From an uncultured Pseudomonadota bacterium (GTDB lineage Bacteria > Desulfobacterota > Syntrophorhabdia > Syntrophorhabdales > CAYQXL01), in the NCBI GenBank assembly GCA_964651435.1, contig CAZYVU010000007.1:9143-73142 (forward strand): 64,000 nt of DNA, read 5' to 3'. The notes beneath the pieces are model-generated. The model worked only from the letters and a program-made list of their open reading frames with translations. It ran no database searches and was not told where the DNA came from. This document shows positions 55,841 to 64,000 of this stretch, in pieces; positions within the stretch are counted from its first letter, which is position 1; every line of letters starts with the position of its first letter. The position numbers were made by a program, and so were the translations under genes.

Positions 55841-57201
55841 GGGACGGAGCCATGAAAAGGAGACTGTTGTGCGTTACTTTGGCTGTTTTGCTCTTTTTGC
55901 CGCTTATCGCTTACGGCGAATACGGCAAGAAAGGAGGGCCCCGCATTTCGTTTGATTTCGTCGATGCGGACCTCAAGAATGTGCTGAAGGTGCTGGCCGA
56001 GGTATCGTCCAAGAATATTGTCGTATCCGAGGACGTTAAGGGCAAAGTGACTATGCGGATCGACAATATTACGTGGGAGGAGGCCTTTGAAGTTATACTG
56101 AAGAATCACGATCTCGGAAAAATCGAGGATGAGAATATTCTGCGCGTGGTGACGTTAAAAAAGTACTTCGACGAGCGGGAACGGGACCGCAAAGAGAGGC
56201 TGGAACTGCTCAGGGAAAAAGAGGTGAAGCAGAAGCTCGAAGAGGATTTTGTGACGGAAACAGTCTTCATCAATTACGTTGACGCAGGAGAGATCGAGAA
56301 GATCGTTCGAGGACAGGCCGCCACTCCTTCCGGCCCCGGGGCGCCCGCCACCGGATCGGCAAGTAAGGGCCTCCTGACCCCCTTCGGGGCCGTAACGCTC
56401 GTCAAATGGACCAACTCATTGATTCTTAAAGATGTTAAGGAGAACGTCGAGCAGATCAAGCTGAGAATCCGTGAGCACGACGTGCCGCCGGCGCAGGTAC
56501 AGATAGAGGCCAGAATAGTGGAGGCAAACAGTGACTTTTCCCGTGAGTTGGGCATCCAATGGGGCGCAACCTACCACAAGAGCAACAACCTGATCGGCGG
56601 CACCGTGTCGGCACCCACCCTGGGCTTCCCGGCCGCAGGGACCTTGAGTGTTCTCATCGGCGCGCCGACAGACTCCTTTCAACTAAGCGCCAAGCTGTCG
56701 GCCATGGAAAGTGAGGGTCGCGGCAAGATCATCGCCAATCCCAAGGTCGTCACTTCGGACAATCAGCCTGCCAAGATCAGTCAGGGTACACAGATTCCGT
56801 ATCAAACGGTCTCCCTTAACGGCACCCAGACACAATTCATCGACGCCGTTTTGAGCCTTGAGGTAATCCCTCACGTGACGAAGGACGGGAATGTAAACAT
56901 GAAGATTAAGGCCACCAAAGACAGGCCTACCCAGATTCTCGGCTCACCGATTCCCGGCGTGGATAAGAAGGAGGCCACAACCATCGTCCTCGTGAAGGAT
57001 GGCGAAACAGCGGTCATAGGCGGAATCTACGAATCCGAGAGAGAGGACAGAGAGGAGGGCATTCCCCTGCTGAACAGAATTCCGCTGCTTAACTGGATTT
57101 TCGGGTATACAAAGAAACAGATGATTAAAAAGGAACTGCTCATCTTCGTTACCCCCAGCATCATCAAGAACAAGTATGTTGAGGTGGGGGTGAAAGAATG
57201 A
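55837..57201 (+). CDS. pilQ: type IV pilus secretin PilQ (short form, no AMIN domains evident)
   Basis: 454-aa ORF with a signal peptide, an N0-like block ISFDFVDADLKNVLKVLAEV, and the secretin domain ending GIPLLNRIPLLNWIFG...ELLIFVTP. Confidence 0.9.
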   Translation: MRDGAMKRRLLCVTLAVLLFLPLIAYGEYGKKGGPRISFDFVDADLKNVLKVLAEVSSKNIVVSEDVKGKVTMRIDNITWEEAFEVILKNHDLGKIEDENILRVVTLKKYFDERERDRKERLELLREKEVKQKLEEDFVTETVFINYVDAGEIEKIVRGQAATPSGPGAPATGSASKGLLTPFGAVTLVKWTNSLILKDVKENVEQIKLRIREHDVPPAQVQIEARIVEANSDFSRELGIQWGATYHKSNNLIGGTVSAPTLGFPAAGTLSVLIGAPTDSFQLSAKLSAMESEGRGKIIANPKVVTSDNQPAKISQGTQIPYQTVSLNGTQTQFIDAVLSLEVIPHVTKDGNVNMKIKATKDRPTQILGSPIPGVDKKEATTIVLVKDGETAVIGGIYESEREDREEGIPLLNRIPLLNWIFGYTKKQMIKKELLIFVTPSIIKNKYVEVGVKE

Positions 57202-58493
57202 AGATGACGACGGTAGTGATGGGGCTTGTCCTGTGCCTTACGATCGCTGCAGCCACCCCCTCGCACGGTATAATTGGACGCATCGCCGCCACCGTTCATG
57301 GCAGGATCAACGTTGCCTCCGGCGATAGGGCAGTGGTCACCCTGGGAAACAACGCCGGCATCATAAAAGGAGATATCCTTAAGGTTGTCACCAATATGGA
57401 TCAGGGCATCTCGAACCCTTTGGGTTCCTGTCCTGTCATTGAGGTGAGAGAGAATTCGAGTATTTGCGAAATAATGAACGCTCGAACAGAGATAGACAGG
57501 GGCTGCCGCGTGGTGGCTAAAGACCTGCAAGCGGGGGACCCCCGTCTTTTTCCGTACCTCTTCAGGATGATGGCCGATTCCGTTGAGCCCTACGCGCCCT
57601 ATGCGCCCGTTCGCATGCATATACACACCATCTACGATTCCATGAATAACGTGACGGCACTGTCCCAACGGCTCACCGATGAGATATACAAGCTTTTCAG
57701 CCAAAAGCAGAGAATTACGATAAAGAGTGTTTATAGAGAGGGCGATCTCCGCCTCTATCCCAAAAGACTGAAGGACAACTATCAGACGGCAAAGTACTTC
57801 ATGGAGAAGACCGACACAGACATCGTTCTTACCGGCCTCTACAGCATCCAGGGCGATACAGCGCTCGTAACCCTTTACGCCATTGACAGGACCTATGGAG
57901 AACGACAGAGTTCCTTCTCCGTAAAACTCGACGGCCTCTCTGAAATGGCGGAAGCAACAACGATAGTCACCCCCTATGATCCTGCGGAGGTAGATGAATA
58001 CGTCCCATGCAGAATTGAGTTCGTCGAAAAACCTTACGTCCCCCACAAAGACGAGAAGAAACAGATAATCGCATATGAGGCGGGCGACAACGCATTTAAG
58101 GCCCACGAACTAAAGCGTACGGCTTTCACCACCATGAGTCCTGTAAATATTTCCGTTCACCTCGACAAGGAAAAGGTTGACTTCGGGTCCAGAAACGATA
58201 CGGTGCTCCTCATTCAGAAGGGCCTCCACCGCCTGTCTGCATCCTTCAGGCGCGGATATTTTATGAACGCAAAGGAGAGCCTCCTCTTTACATCAGATAA
58301 GGAGGTGACCCGGGATGCGCTTTTGCATATATCCAAGGGGGGAGTTGTAGTTGTTCGCATCGCCCTCAGCCCCGCCATCCAACAGTCGGGCATCGAAATC
58401 AGCGTATTCAGAGAAGCGGATCACGAGAAAACGGTCCTTAAGCCTATTACTACCGTGGAAGCGGGCCGCGTAGTCGATTATTACAAGGATTGA
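57198..58493 (+). CDS. secreted protein of unknown function, translationally coupled to pilQ
   Basis: 431-aa ORF whose ATG overlaps the pilQ stop (ATGA). It has the signal peptide MKMTTVVMGLVLCLTIAAATPSHG. I recognise no family with confidence. Confidence 0.6.
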   Translation: MKMTTVVMGLVLCLTIAAATPSHGIIGRIAATVHGRINVASGDRAVVTLGNNAGIIKGDILKVVTNMDQGISNPLGSCPVIEVRENSSICEIMNARTEIDRGCRVVAKDLQAGDPRLFPYLFRMMADSVEPYAPYAPVRMHIHTIYDSMNNVTALSQRLTDEIYKLFSQKQRITIKSVYREGDLRLYPKRLKDNYQTAKYFMEKTDTDIVLTGLYSIQGDTALVTLYAIDRTYGERQSSFSVKLDGLSEMAEATTIVTPYDPAEVDEYVPCRIEFVEKPYVPHKDEKKQIIAYEAGDNAFKAHELKRTAFTTMSPVNISVHLDKEKVDFGSRNDTVLLIQKGLHRLSASFRRGYFMNAKESLLFTSDKEVTRDALLHISKGGVVVVRIALSPAIQQSGIEISVFREADHEKTVLKPITTVEAGRVVDYYKD

Positions 58494-58500
58494 TGCGAGA

Positions 58501-59268
58501 ATGGAGCGGCTTTCCAAGTTACTCGCCAGCGCCGGAATTGCCTCAAGGCGGAAGGCGGATGATCTTATTCGCAATGGTCGAGTTAAAGTAAATAATATTA
58601 AGATATTAGACCCGTGGTTTAAAGTAGATACTTGCAATGATCATGTAACATTTGATAATAGCGTTGTTTCTACGCATAACAAGCCCGTCTACGTAGCTCT
58701 CTACAAGCCCACGGGGTATCTGTCCGATCTGCAGCGCGACCCGGGCCGAAAGCTCGCCCGAGATCTGGTTCCGCTGCCGGGTCGTTTGTATCCCGTCGGC
58801 CGACTGGACCTGAACTCTGAGGGCCTCCTTCTTTTTACCAACGACGGCTCCTTTGCTTACCGCATGATGCACCCGCGTTTCGGTATGACCAGGGAATACG
58901 TCGTTAAGTTCCAGGGAAAAATGGGAAGCGACGTCCTCGAAAGGGTTAGGCGCGGTGTTCGGGATGCAGGGGACATCTTGACGGTTCTCGCTATCGATCC
59001 ATTACAGGAGACACGCACAAACACCTGGTGCCGCATCCTTCTCGGCGAGGGCAAGTATCGCGAGATTCGAAGGATCGGTGAGGCTGTGGGCCATTCCATC
59101 CTGAAGCTTCGACGCGTGAGAATGGGTCATATCATATTAGGCAGTCTTCGGTCCGGACAGTTTCGACACCTCGAGCAATGGGAGGTTGAGGCCGCAACGG
59201 CGGATGAGTATGAAAAAAGAATGGAGGAACGTCATGAGATCGCGGGAAAAGTGGCCTCACATCCTTAA
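58501..59268 (+). CDS. RsuA/RluB-family pseudouridine synthase
   Basis: 255-aa ORF with an N-terminal S4 domain (RLSKLLASAGIASRRKADDLIRNGRVKVN) and the catalytic block GRLDLNSEGLLLFTNDG. Confidence 0.85.
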   Translation: MERLSKLLASAGIASRRKADDLIRNGRVKVNNIKILDPWFKVDTCNDHVTFDNSVVSTHNKPVYVALYKPTGYLSDLQRDPGRKLARDLVPLPGRLYPVGRLDLNSEGLLLFTNDGSFAYRMMHPRFGMTREYVVKFQGKMGSDVLERVRRGVRDAGDILTVLAIDPLQETRTNTWCRILLGEGKYREIRRIGEAVGHSILKLRRVRMGHIILGSLRSGQFRHLEQWEVEAATADEYEKRMEERHEIAGKVASHP

Positions 59269-59506
59269 GACGCTTGGCCACCCCCTGAGGTTTGAGATTG
59301 TGAGGCACTTGCTGAGCGAAGAGAAGTGTGTTTACGAACTCTGGAACACGTTGAGACAGCAACAGTCGGTGGTATCGCAGCACCTGGCCATCCTGCGAAA
59401 AGGGGGGATAGTGGGATACCGCCGGAAAGGGACGCAGGTCAAGTACTTCATTGTCGCGAAGCGCATCCGTGAACTGATGAAGGTTATGGATGATGATTTA
59501 AGTTAA
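59234..59506 (+). CDS. ArsR/SmtB-family transcriptional regulator
   Basis: ~90 aa from the ATG at 59234, with a wHTH (LGHPLRFEIVRHLL...CVYEL...SVVSQHLAILRKGGIV). The ORF track starts at 59186. Confidence 0.75.
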   Translation: MRSREKWPHILKTLGHPLRFEIVRHLLSEEKCVYELWNTLRQQQSVVSQHLAILRKGGIVGYRRKGTQVKYFIVAKRIRELMKVMDDDLS

Positions 59507-59605
59507 CATAATATCTCTTATCGGAACTTATCGGTTTATCAACGCAACGTGTTGCCGACCACACAGGCCTTTCCACGCCCCCCACAATGCCCCCCCGTGC
59601 CATGC

Positions 59606-60862
59606 CTACTGCCTCATGAGCCTCTCCACATAGGCCATGCACTCGTCTATAGCTTCTGCAGTCTTGTCGAGGTCCTCATCGGTGTGGCGGTAGTTTATAT
59701 ATGCGTGGTGGTGCGGCGTAAAGAAGAAGCCTCTTCGGATCATCTGCGTGTAGAAGGTGTCCCGCCTGGTTCGCTGCGTGTCGGCCTCGTCTCTCTTAAA
59801 GGTAATGAAGAACATGGGGGCAACCCCCGTCAGTTCGGCGCCCACATCGTATTTGTCGATGATAGCCTGAACCTTCTTGAGGAAGCGTTCGCCCTTGGCC
59901 CAGATATTATCCAGGACCCGCTCGCGGTTCATTATCTCTACTGTCTTCAGGGCCGCAATATAGCCGTCGCTGTTGGGGAAAAATGTGGATGAGATGAAGA
60001 GCTTCTGTGCTGCCGCCATCATCACGTCCGCCTTGCCCGTTACAACGCTTATGGCGTAGCCGTTTGCCATCCCTTTTCCGAGGACGGTCAAGTCCGGAAA
60101 CACCCCGTACAGTTCCTGCGCCCCACCCATGCGGAGCCGGAAACAGGTGCGCACCTCATCAAAAACAAGTACAGCCCCGTACCTGTCTGCCAGGGCCCGC
60201 ACGCCTTCAAGAAACCCAGGCAGCGGTTCCTGCATTTTTTGGTGCAACGGGTGGCCGAATGGCGTCATAATTATAGCGGCCGTCTCGTCACCATGCTTCG
60301 ACATGAGATCGGTGAGGCGGTCGAGGTCGTTGTAAGGGAACTCGTAAACATCCTCGTAGAACTTTTCAGGGATGCCGCCCTTCATTTCCACACACCAGTC
60401 GTGCCATCCGTGGTAGCCGCAGCGCATAACCTTTACCCTTTTCGTATAGGCTCTGGCTATGCGTATGCTCGCCGTCGTCGCGTCCGATCCTGTCTTTAGA
60501 AAAATGCTCAGCTCCGACGATGGCACCAGTCGCGTCAATTGCTTAGCCAGGTCGTTCTGATACCGCTGCGTGAGGGTAAAACAGAAGCCCTTCTCCTTGA
60601 TTTGCCGTATTACGGCGTCGTCGACCTCGTCCTCCCTATACCCAAGGATAATGGGCCCGTAACCGCAGAGAAAATCGATGAACTCATTGCCGTCGACGTC
60701 GATCAACCGGCACCCCTTGCCGTATTCAAGAAAGATCGGGTACTCTCCCTCAATAAAATCCGCCGGCTTCCTTGCGCCCAAGACACCACCGGGCACCAAC
60801 GTCTTGGCCTCCTCAAAAAGCTCACGACTTCTGGTTATATTCAGTTTCTCGACATTTTTCAT
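59606..60862 (-). CDS. class III (GSA-aminomutase-like) PLP-dependent aminotransferase
   Basis: The ATG at 60862 follows AAGGAG and gives MKNVEKLNITRSRELFEEAKTLVPGGV.... It shows a HemL-like layout but lacks the canonical GGVNSPVRAF block. The ORF-track start at 60979 overlaps the upstream gene. Confidence 0.8.
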   Translation of the reverse strand: MKNVEKLNITRSRELFEEAKTLVPGGVLGARKPADFIEGEYPIFLEYGKGCRLIDVDGNEFIDFLCGYGPIILGYREDEVDDAVIRQIKEKGFCFTLTQRYQNDLAKQLTRLVPSSELSIFLKTGSDATTASIRIARAYTKRVKVMRCGYHGWHDWCVEMKGGIPEKFYEDVYEFPYNDLDRLTDLMSKHGDETAAIIMTPFGHPLHQKMQEPLPGFLEGVRALADRYGAVLVFDEVRTCFRLRMGGAQELYGVFPDLTVLGKGMANGYAISVVTGKADVMMAAAQKLFISSTFFPNSDGYIAALKTVEIMNRERVLDNIWAKGERFLKKVQAIIDKYDVGAELTGVAPMFFITFKRDEADTQRTRRDTFYTQMIRRGFFFTPHHHAYINYRHTDEDLDKTAEAIDECMAYVERLMRQ

Positions 60863-60885
60863 TGGACATTCTCCTTGTCTGGGAT

Positions 60886-62031
60886 TTACACCGCAAACAT
60901 AGACGTTATCGTTTCCGTCTGATGTATCCGGGCACCCCTCTGGAGGAGCGCCTTGAGGAACTTCTCGGGATCTATGCAACCCTCGGGCGCCACGACGCCC
61001 TTTGCCGTCACATGGCCCTCATTCAACATAAGCGCAGCAATGGAAGCCGGAAGGCCCGTTCCCGGCGCCATCCTGCCAACAATGTCAGCCGTGTAGGTGA
61101 TCCCTTTGCCGGCCCTTTCTCCCTTGACAATTACCTTTAGCCCCGATGCCGGCGGACCATTGTCTCTGCCCTTGGGAATCTGCTCCCACAACCTCAATGT
61201 CAAATCGTAGGGCGCTACCTTAGCGCCCTTCACCTCCACCGGCTCGGTGCTCAGGAACCCCGTCTCCTTCTGCTCCCTGATGAGCTCGTCCACCCAACCC
61301 GGTATAAGGGCCCCTTTAATGACCACCTTCTTAACGCCCTCGATGTAACGCGGTATCGTTATGGGCTGCGGATGGCCCACATAGCGAACCACGCAAGTAC
61401 CGAGGGGCTCCAAAAACCGGGCCTCCTCCTCTCCGGTCCCACCATCCACGTAGACCAGTTGTCCATCCAGAAACTGAGGGATTTTGCCCGTGGTCATGTG
61501 CAGGCTGTGGTCCCAAGCCGCACCGGCGAGCTCCGCGATGCTCACAACCCAGAACAGATGAATCTCGTCGACGCGGTCCAGTCTGTCCGCGTACCATTTC
61601 ACAAGCACGTTGTTCGTGCCGGGATCGGACCCCATGCCCGTCAGCACAGTTATGCCCGCGCCCTTTGCCGCCTCATCAATGTCAGTGGAAGAAAAGAGGA
61701 TCGGTACCGCCTCGTAGTCATCGCAAATATCAATGTAGTTGACCCTCGCCTCGACGGCAGCCCTGGCTACGGCAACAGCCGTCTTATAGAACGGTCCGGC
61801 ACAGTTGACGACCACATCAGCCTCTCCTATAGCCCGGACCATTCCCTCGTGGTCATTGACGTCGATGCGACTCAGCGACACCTTGTCGCTTGCCCGCAAT
61901 TTTGCCTGCACCCGTTCCGGGTCCGTGTTGATGTCGCCCAATATAACTTTCTCAATCTGTTCCTGCTTGATGAGGTCCCGGGCCACACCCTGTCCCATCC
62001 CTCCGGTCCCGCCCAACACTATTGCCCGCAT
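60886..62031 (-). CDS. saccharopine-dehydrogenase-family NAD(P)-binding protein
   Basis: 381-aa ORF with Rossmann N-terminus MRAIVLGGTGGMGQGVA. Size and pattern match the saccharopine/homospermidine/carboxynorspermidine dehydrogenase-like fold. Confidence 0.7.
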   Translation of the reverse strand: MRAIVLGGTGGMGQGVARDLIKQEQIEKVILGDINTDPERVQAKLRASDKVSLSRIDVNDHEGMVRAIGEADVVVNCAGPFYKTAVAVARAAVEARVNYIDICDDYEAVPILFSSTDIDEAAKGAGITVLTGMGSDPGTNNVLVKWYADRLDRVDEIHLFWVVSIAELAGAAWDHSLHMTTGKIPQFLDGQLVYVDGGTGEEEARFLEPLGTCVVRYVGHPQPITIPRYIEGVKKVVIKGALIPGWVDELIREQKETGFLSTEPVEVKGAKVAPYDLTLRLWEQIPKGRDNGPPASGLKVIVKGERAGKGITYTADIVGRMAPGTGLPASIAALMLNEGHVTAKGVVAPEGCIDPEKFLKALLQRGARIHQTETITSMFAV

Positions 62032-62077
62032 ACCCCCTTCCTCCTTTACGCCCTTTTTTGTTTAGTCTCGTTGCGTT

Positions 62078-62497
62078 CTATTTGCTGATGTCAAAATCCC
62101 CATCGAGAAGCTCTGTCAGCACCCCATGCAGCTCGTGGGGGTGGTGGACGAAGGCGTATCGGGTACCAAAGAGCCGGCGAGGCTTCGCATCTATCAGCTT
62201 GACGTTTTTTGCCCTCAGCTCCTCCATCGCCTTGACGAGGTCGTCAACCTTGTACGATATGAGGAACACGCCCTCCCCCCGGTTGCTGATAAATTTTCCT
62301 ACCTCTCCCTCAGGCGACGTCGACTCCATGAACTCCACGGCCACCTCGCCTATGTAGTAGCGTGCGACCCTGATCTTCTCCGATTCGGCGACGTATTCAC
62401 AGGTTGGTGTTAGGCCGAAATGCTGCTCGTAGACCCTCTTCGTCTCTTCCAAATCCCTCACGGCGAAGCAAATGTGGTCGATTTTCTCTATCTTCAT
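62078..62497 (-). CDS. VOC-family protein (methylmalonyl-CoA-epimerase/glyoxalase-like)
   Basis: 139-aa ORF starting MKIEKIDHICFAVRDLEETKRVY, with paired beta-alpha-beta-beta-beta modules and His/Glu ligands. Confidence 0.65.
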   Translation of the reverse strand: MKIEKIDHICFAVRDLEETKRVYEQHFGLTPTCEYVAESEKIRVARYYIGEVAVEFMESTSPEGEVGKFISNRGEGVFLISYKVDDLVKAMEELRAKNVKLIDAKPRRLFGTRYAFVHHPHELHGVLTELLDGDFDISK

Positions 62498-62501
62498 AAT
62501 C

Positions 62502-64000
62502 TTATCCTTGGCCCTGAGTCACCTTCTTCGCCTCAATGGCCCTGATGATCTTGTCCGGGGTAATGGGATAGTCATGAAAATCGACGCCGACGGCGTTGCA
62601 GATCGCCCCGCAATAAGCCTGGGCCGCCGACATGGCTACGGACATCCCCGCCTCCTTTGCCCCGTATGGCCCGTTCGGATCAATGGTCTCAACGATAATG
62701 TTATTAATGACAGGCATATCGATTGCAAGTGGTACCTTGTACCCCAACTGTGTCGGGTTCACCACCCTTCCATCATACCACTGGAGCTCCTCCAGCAGCA
62801 TCCCCCCTTGGCCTCCCATGGCCAACCCGCCTTCAAATTGCCCTTCAATTACCTTTGGGTTGAGGGCATAACCCACGTCCTGTGCGGCCGTCACTTCGAG
62901 AACATCCACTTTGCCGGTCTCTGGGTCCACCTTCACCTCGCACACAACGGCCCCAAAAGAAAACGTCTCACTGAGCTGCCCAAAGGGATTATCCACCCAC
63001 TCCCTCCTGGGGTCAACCTTTGGCCAGTAGGATCCTTCCCCGCTGATCGCCTCGCCTCGCGACAGAGCAGTCCTGACGAGCTTCGAGATCGATATGGCCG
63101 TATCCGGCCGGCCCTGCACCATCACTTTTCTATCCCGAGCCACCAGCGTCGAGGCATCAGCGTGCAACGCCTCTGCTGCAAGCCTGAAGATCTTCTCCTT
63201 GGCGTCCTTTGCTGCCAATCTCACGGCATTACCCCCAACGAAGGTTTCACACATGGAGTACGATCCGGGGTCACTGGGCGTAACCTCTGTGTCGGCCGTA
63301 ATGAGCTGAACGTCATCAACATTCAGCCCCAGCTCCTCAGCCGCAATTTGGACCAGCATGTTCTCGTTCCCCTGGCCGTTGTCAACGACCCCCGAGATGA
63401 CCGTGATGCCACCCTCTTCGTTGAACTTGATAAATGCCTGAGAGCCGCCACGAATGCCCATGGGAAAGCCGGTCTGGACAGAATTCATGCCGATGCCGAT
63501 GCCGTGGTAGGGAGGCAGCTTTCCCCACTTCTCTTTCCATCGGGCCTTTTCCGCGCTTCTTTCGATAGCCTCCGTAAGTCCACAGCTCGCAACGTACGAT
63601 CTCGTCGGTGTGTATTCTCCCTGCCGCCTTGCATTCCTCAACCTCATTTCCACAGGATCGATGTCCAGCTCTCTGCCAAGCATATCGAGTTGCAGATCCA
63701 CACCGCAGGCGAAGGCCCGCCCATGAACGCGAAACATACCCCGTATGGGCTTGTTGGTAAAAACCCTATACCCGTTGTAGCGCACATTGTCCATGCGGTA
63801 GGCCTGCTCCATACACAGAAAAGGAACGCTCACGGCGATGGGGCCCGTGCTACTGTAAGCGCCGCCATCCATGTGGCACGTGATGTCCCTGGCCAGCACC
63901 CGACCGTCCCCATCCACGCCCGTCTTTATCCGGGCCACCATGGAGTGTCCCTGTCTGACGCAAACCGTGTTTTCCTCCCGTGTGTAGACTATCTTGACGG
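62502..64000 (-). CDS. xanthine dehydrogenase/aldehyde oxidase-family molybdopterin-binding subunit (C-terminal part; 5' end lies outside the window)
   Basis: The reading frame stays open past the listed Met at 63941 to the window edge (...VKIVYTREENTVCVRQGHSM...). It has family blocks DGGAYSS, GQGNENMLVQIAAEELG and GAKEAGMS. Confidence 0.85.
   Translation of the reverse strand, partial: VKIVYTREENTVCVRQGHSMVARIKTGVDGDGRVLARDITCHMDGGAYSSTGPIAVSVPFLCMEQAYRMDNVRYNGYRVFTNKPIRGMFRVHGRAFACGVDLQLDMLGRELDIDPVEMRLRNARRQGEYTPTRSYVASCGLTEAIERSAEKARWKEKWGKLPPYHGIGIGMNSVQTGFPMGIRGGSQAFIKFNEEGGITVISGVVDNGQGNENMLVQIAAEELGLNVDDVQLITADTEVTPSDPGSYSMCETFVGGNAVRLAAKDAKEKIFRLAAEALHADASTLVARDRKVMVQGRPDTAISISKLVRTALSRGEAISGEGSYWPKVDPRREWVDNPFGQLSETFSFGAVVCEVKVDPETGKVDVLEVTAAQDVGYALNPKVIEGQFEGGLAMGGQGGMLLEELQWYDGRVVNPTQLGYKVPLAIDMPVINNIIVETIDPNGPYGAKEAGMSVAMSAAQAYCGAICNAVGVDFHDYPITPDKIIRAIEAKKVTQGQG

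Noticed and set aside
57027-58106. A 359-aa minus-strand ORF opposite the gene that follows pilQ.
   Set aside because: The plus-strand ORF has a signal peptide and an ATGA overlap with pilQ. The minus-strand translation has no motifs, and no start context was evident.
1-64000. A window-wide look for CRISPR arrays, transposases, integrases, phage modules, toxin-antitoxin pairs, reverse transcriptases or known defence-system signatures, including next to the two tRNA genes.
   Set aside because: No spaced direct repeats and no proteins with the relevant motifs were found. Both tRNAs are flanked by core genes (ygiQ/ffs-dnaX and the zinc-ribbon gene/malic enzyme). A computational repeat and HMM scan is still needed to be sure.

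Overview
This is a 64-kb chromosomal window from what looks like an anaerobic, diderm bacterium. The indicators are an aldehyde:ferredoxin oxidoreductase, a two-subunit Fe-S fumarase, Na+-pumping decarboxylase membrane subunits and a PilMNOPQ secretin system. The phylum cannot be assigned without a database search. All calls below come from reading motifs in the supplied ORF translations and the raw DNA; no homology search was run.

Positions 1-35 kb are mostly housekeeping genes:
- MBL hydrolase, ygiQ, tRNA-Ser(GGA), SRP RNA, dnaX-ybaB-recR.
- A folK-AOR-class II aldolase-transaldolase/FSA operon, def-fmt, and a LysM lytic transglycosylase.
- A GNAT and two tandem GT39 (ArnT/PMT-like) glycosyltransferases.
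- RNase P RNA, a COG1579-type zinc-ribbon protein and tRNA-Met(CAT).
- Malic enzyme plus two-subunit fumarase, and inositol-3-phosphate synthase plus a CDP-alcohol phosphatidyltransferase.
- ispG, oadG/oadB-type decarboxylase membrane subunits, an ArsB/NhaD-type permease and a P-type cation ATPase.
- ktrBA, a DUF2156-like protein and a PAS-GGDEF cyclase.

Positions 35-58.5 kb are the accessory part. They hold a type IV pilus locus (pilA, pilD, four minor pilins, pilMNOPQ plus an unknown ORF). The locus is split by a 12.6-kb glycan-assembly module: a Wzy_C/O-antigen-ligase-family protein, Wzm/Wzt, a B12-radical SAM enzyme, a methyltransferase, four glycosyltransferases and a priming phosphotransferase. 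Part of that module has clearly lower GC than its surroundings.

The last 5 kb carry a pseudouridine synthase, an ArsR regulator and an operon of aminotransferase, saccharopine-dehydrogenase-like, VOC and molybdo-hydroxylase genes that is truncated at the window edge.

I found no CRISPR array, transposase, integrase, phage gene or recognisable defence system. The best candidate for something new is the pilus-embedded, ABC-transporter-dependent glycosylation module. It comes with a cysteine-free Ser/Thr-rich pilin, a PilX-like beta-helix repeat protein, and a promoter/operator element shared by the pilA and pilM operons. This is a hypothesis, not a demonstrated system.
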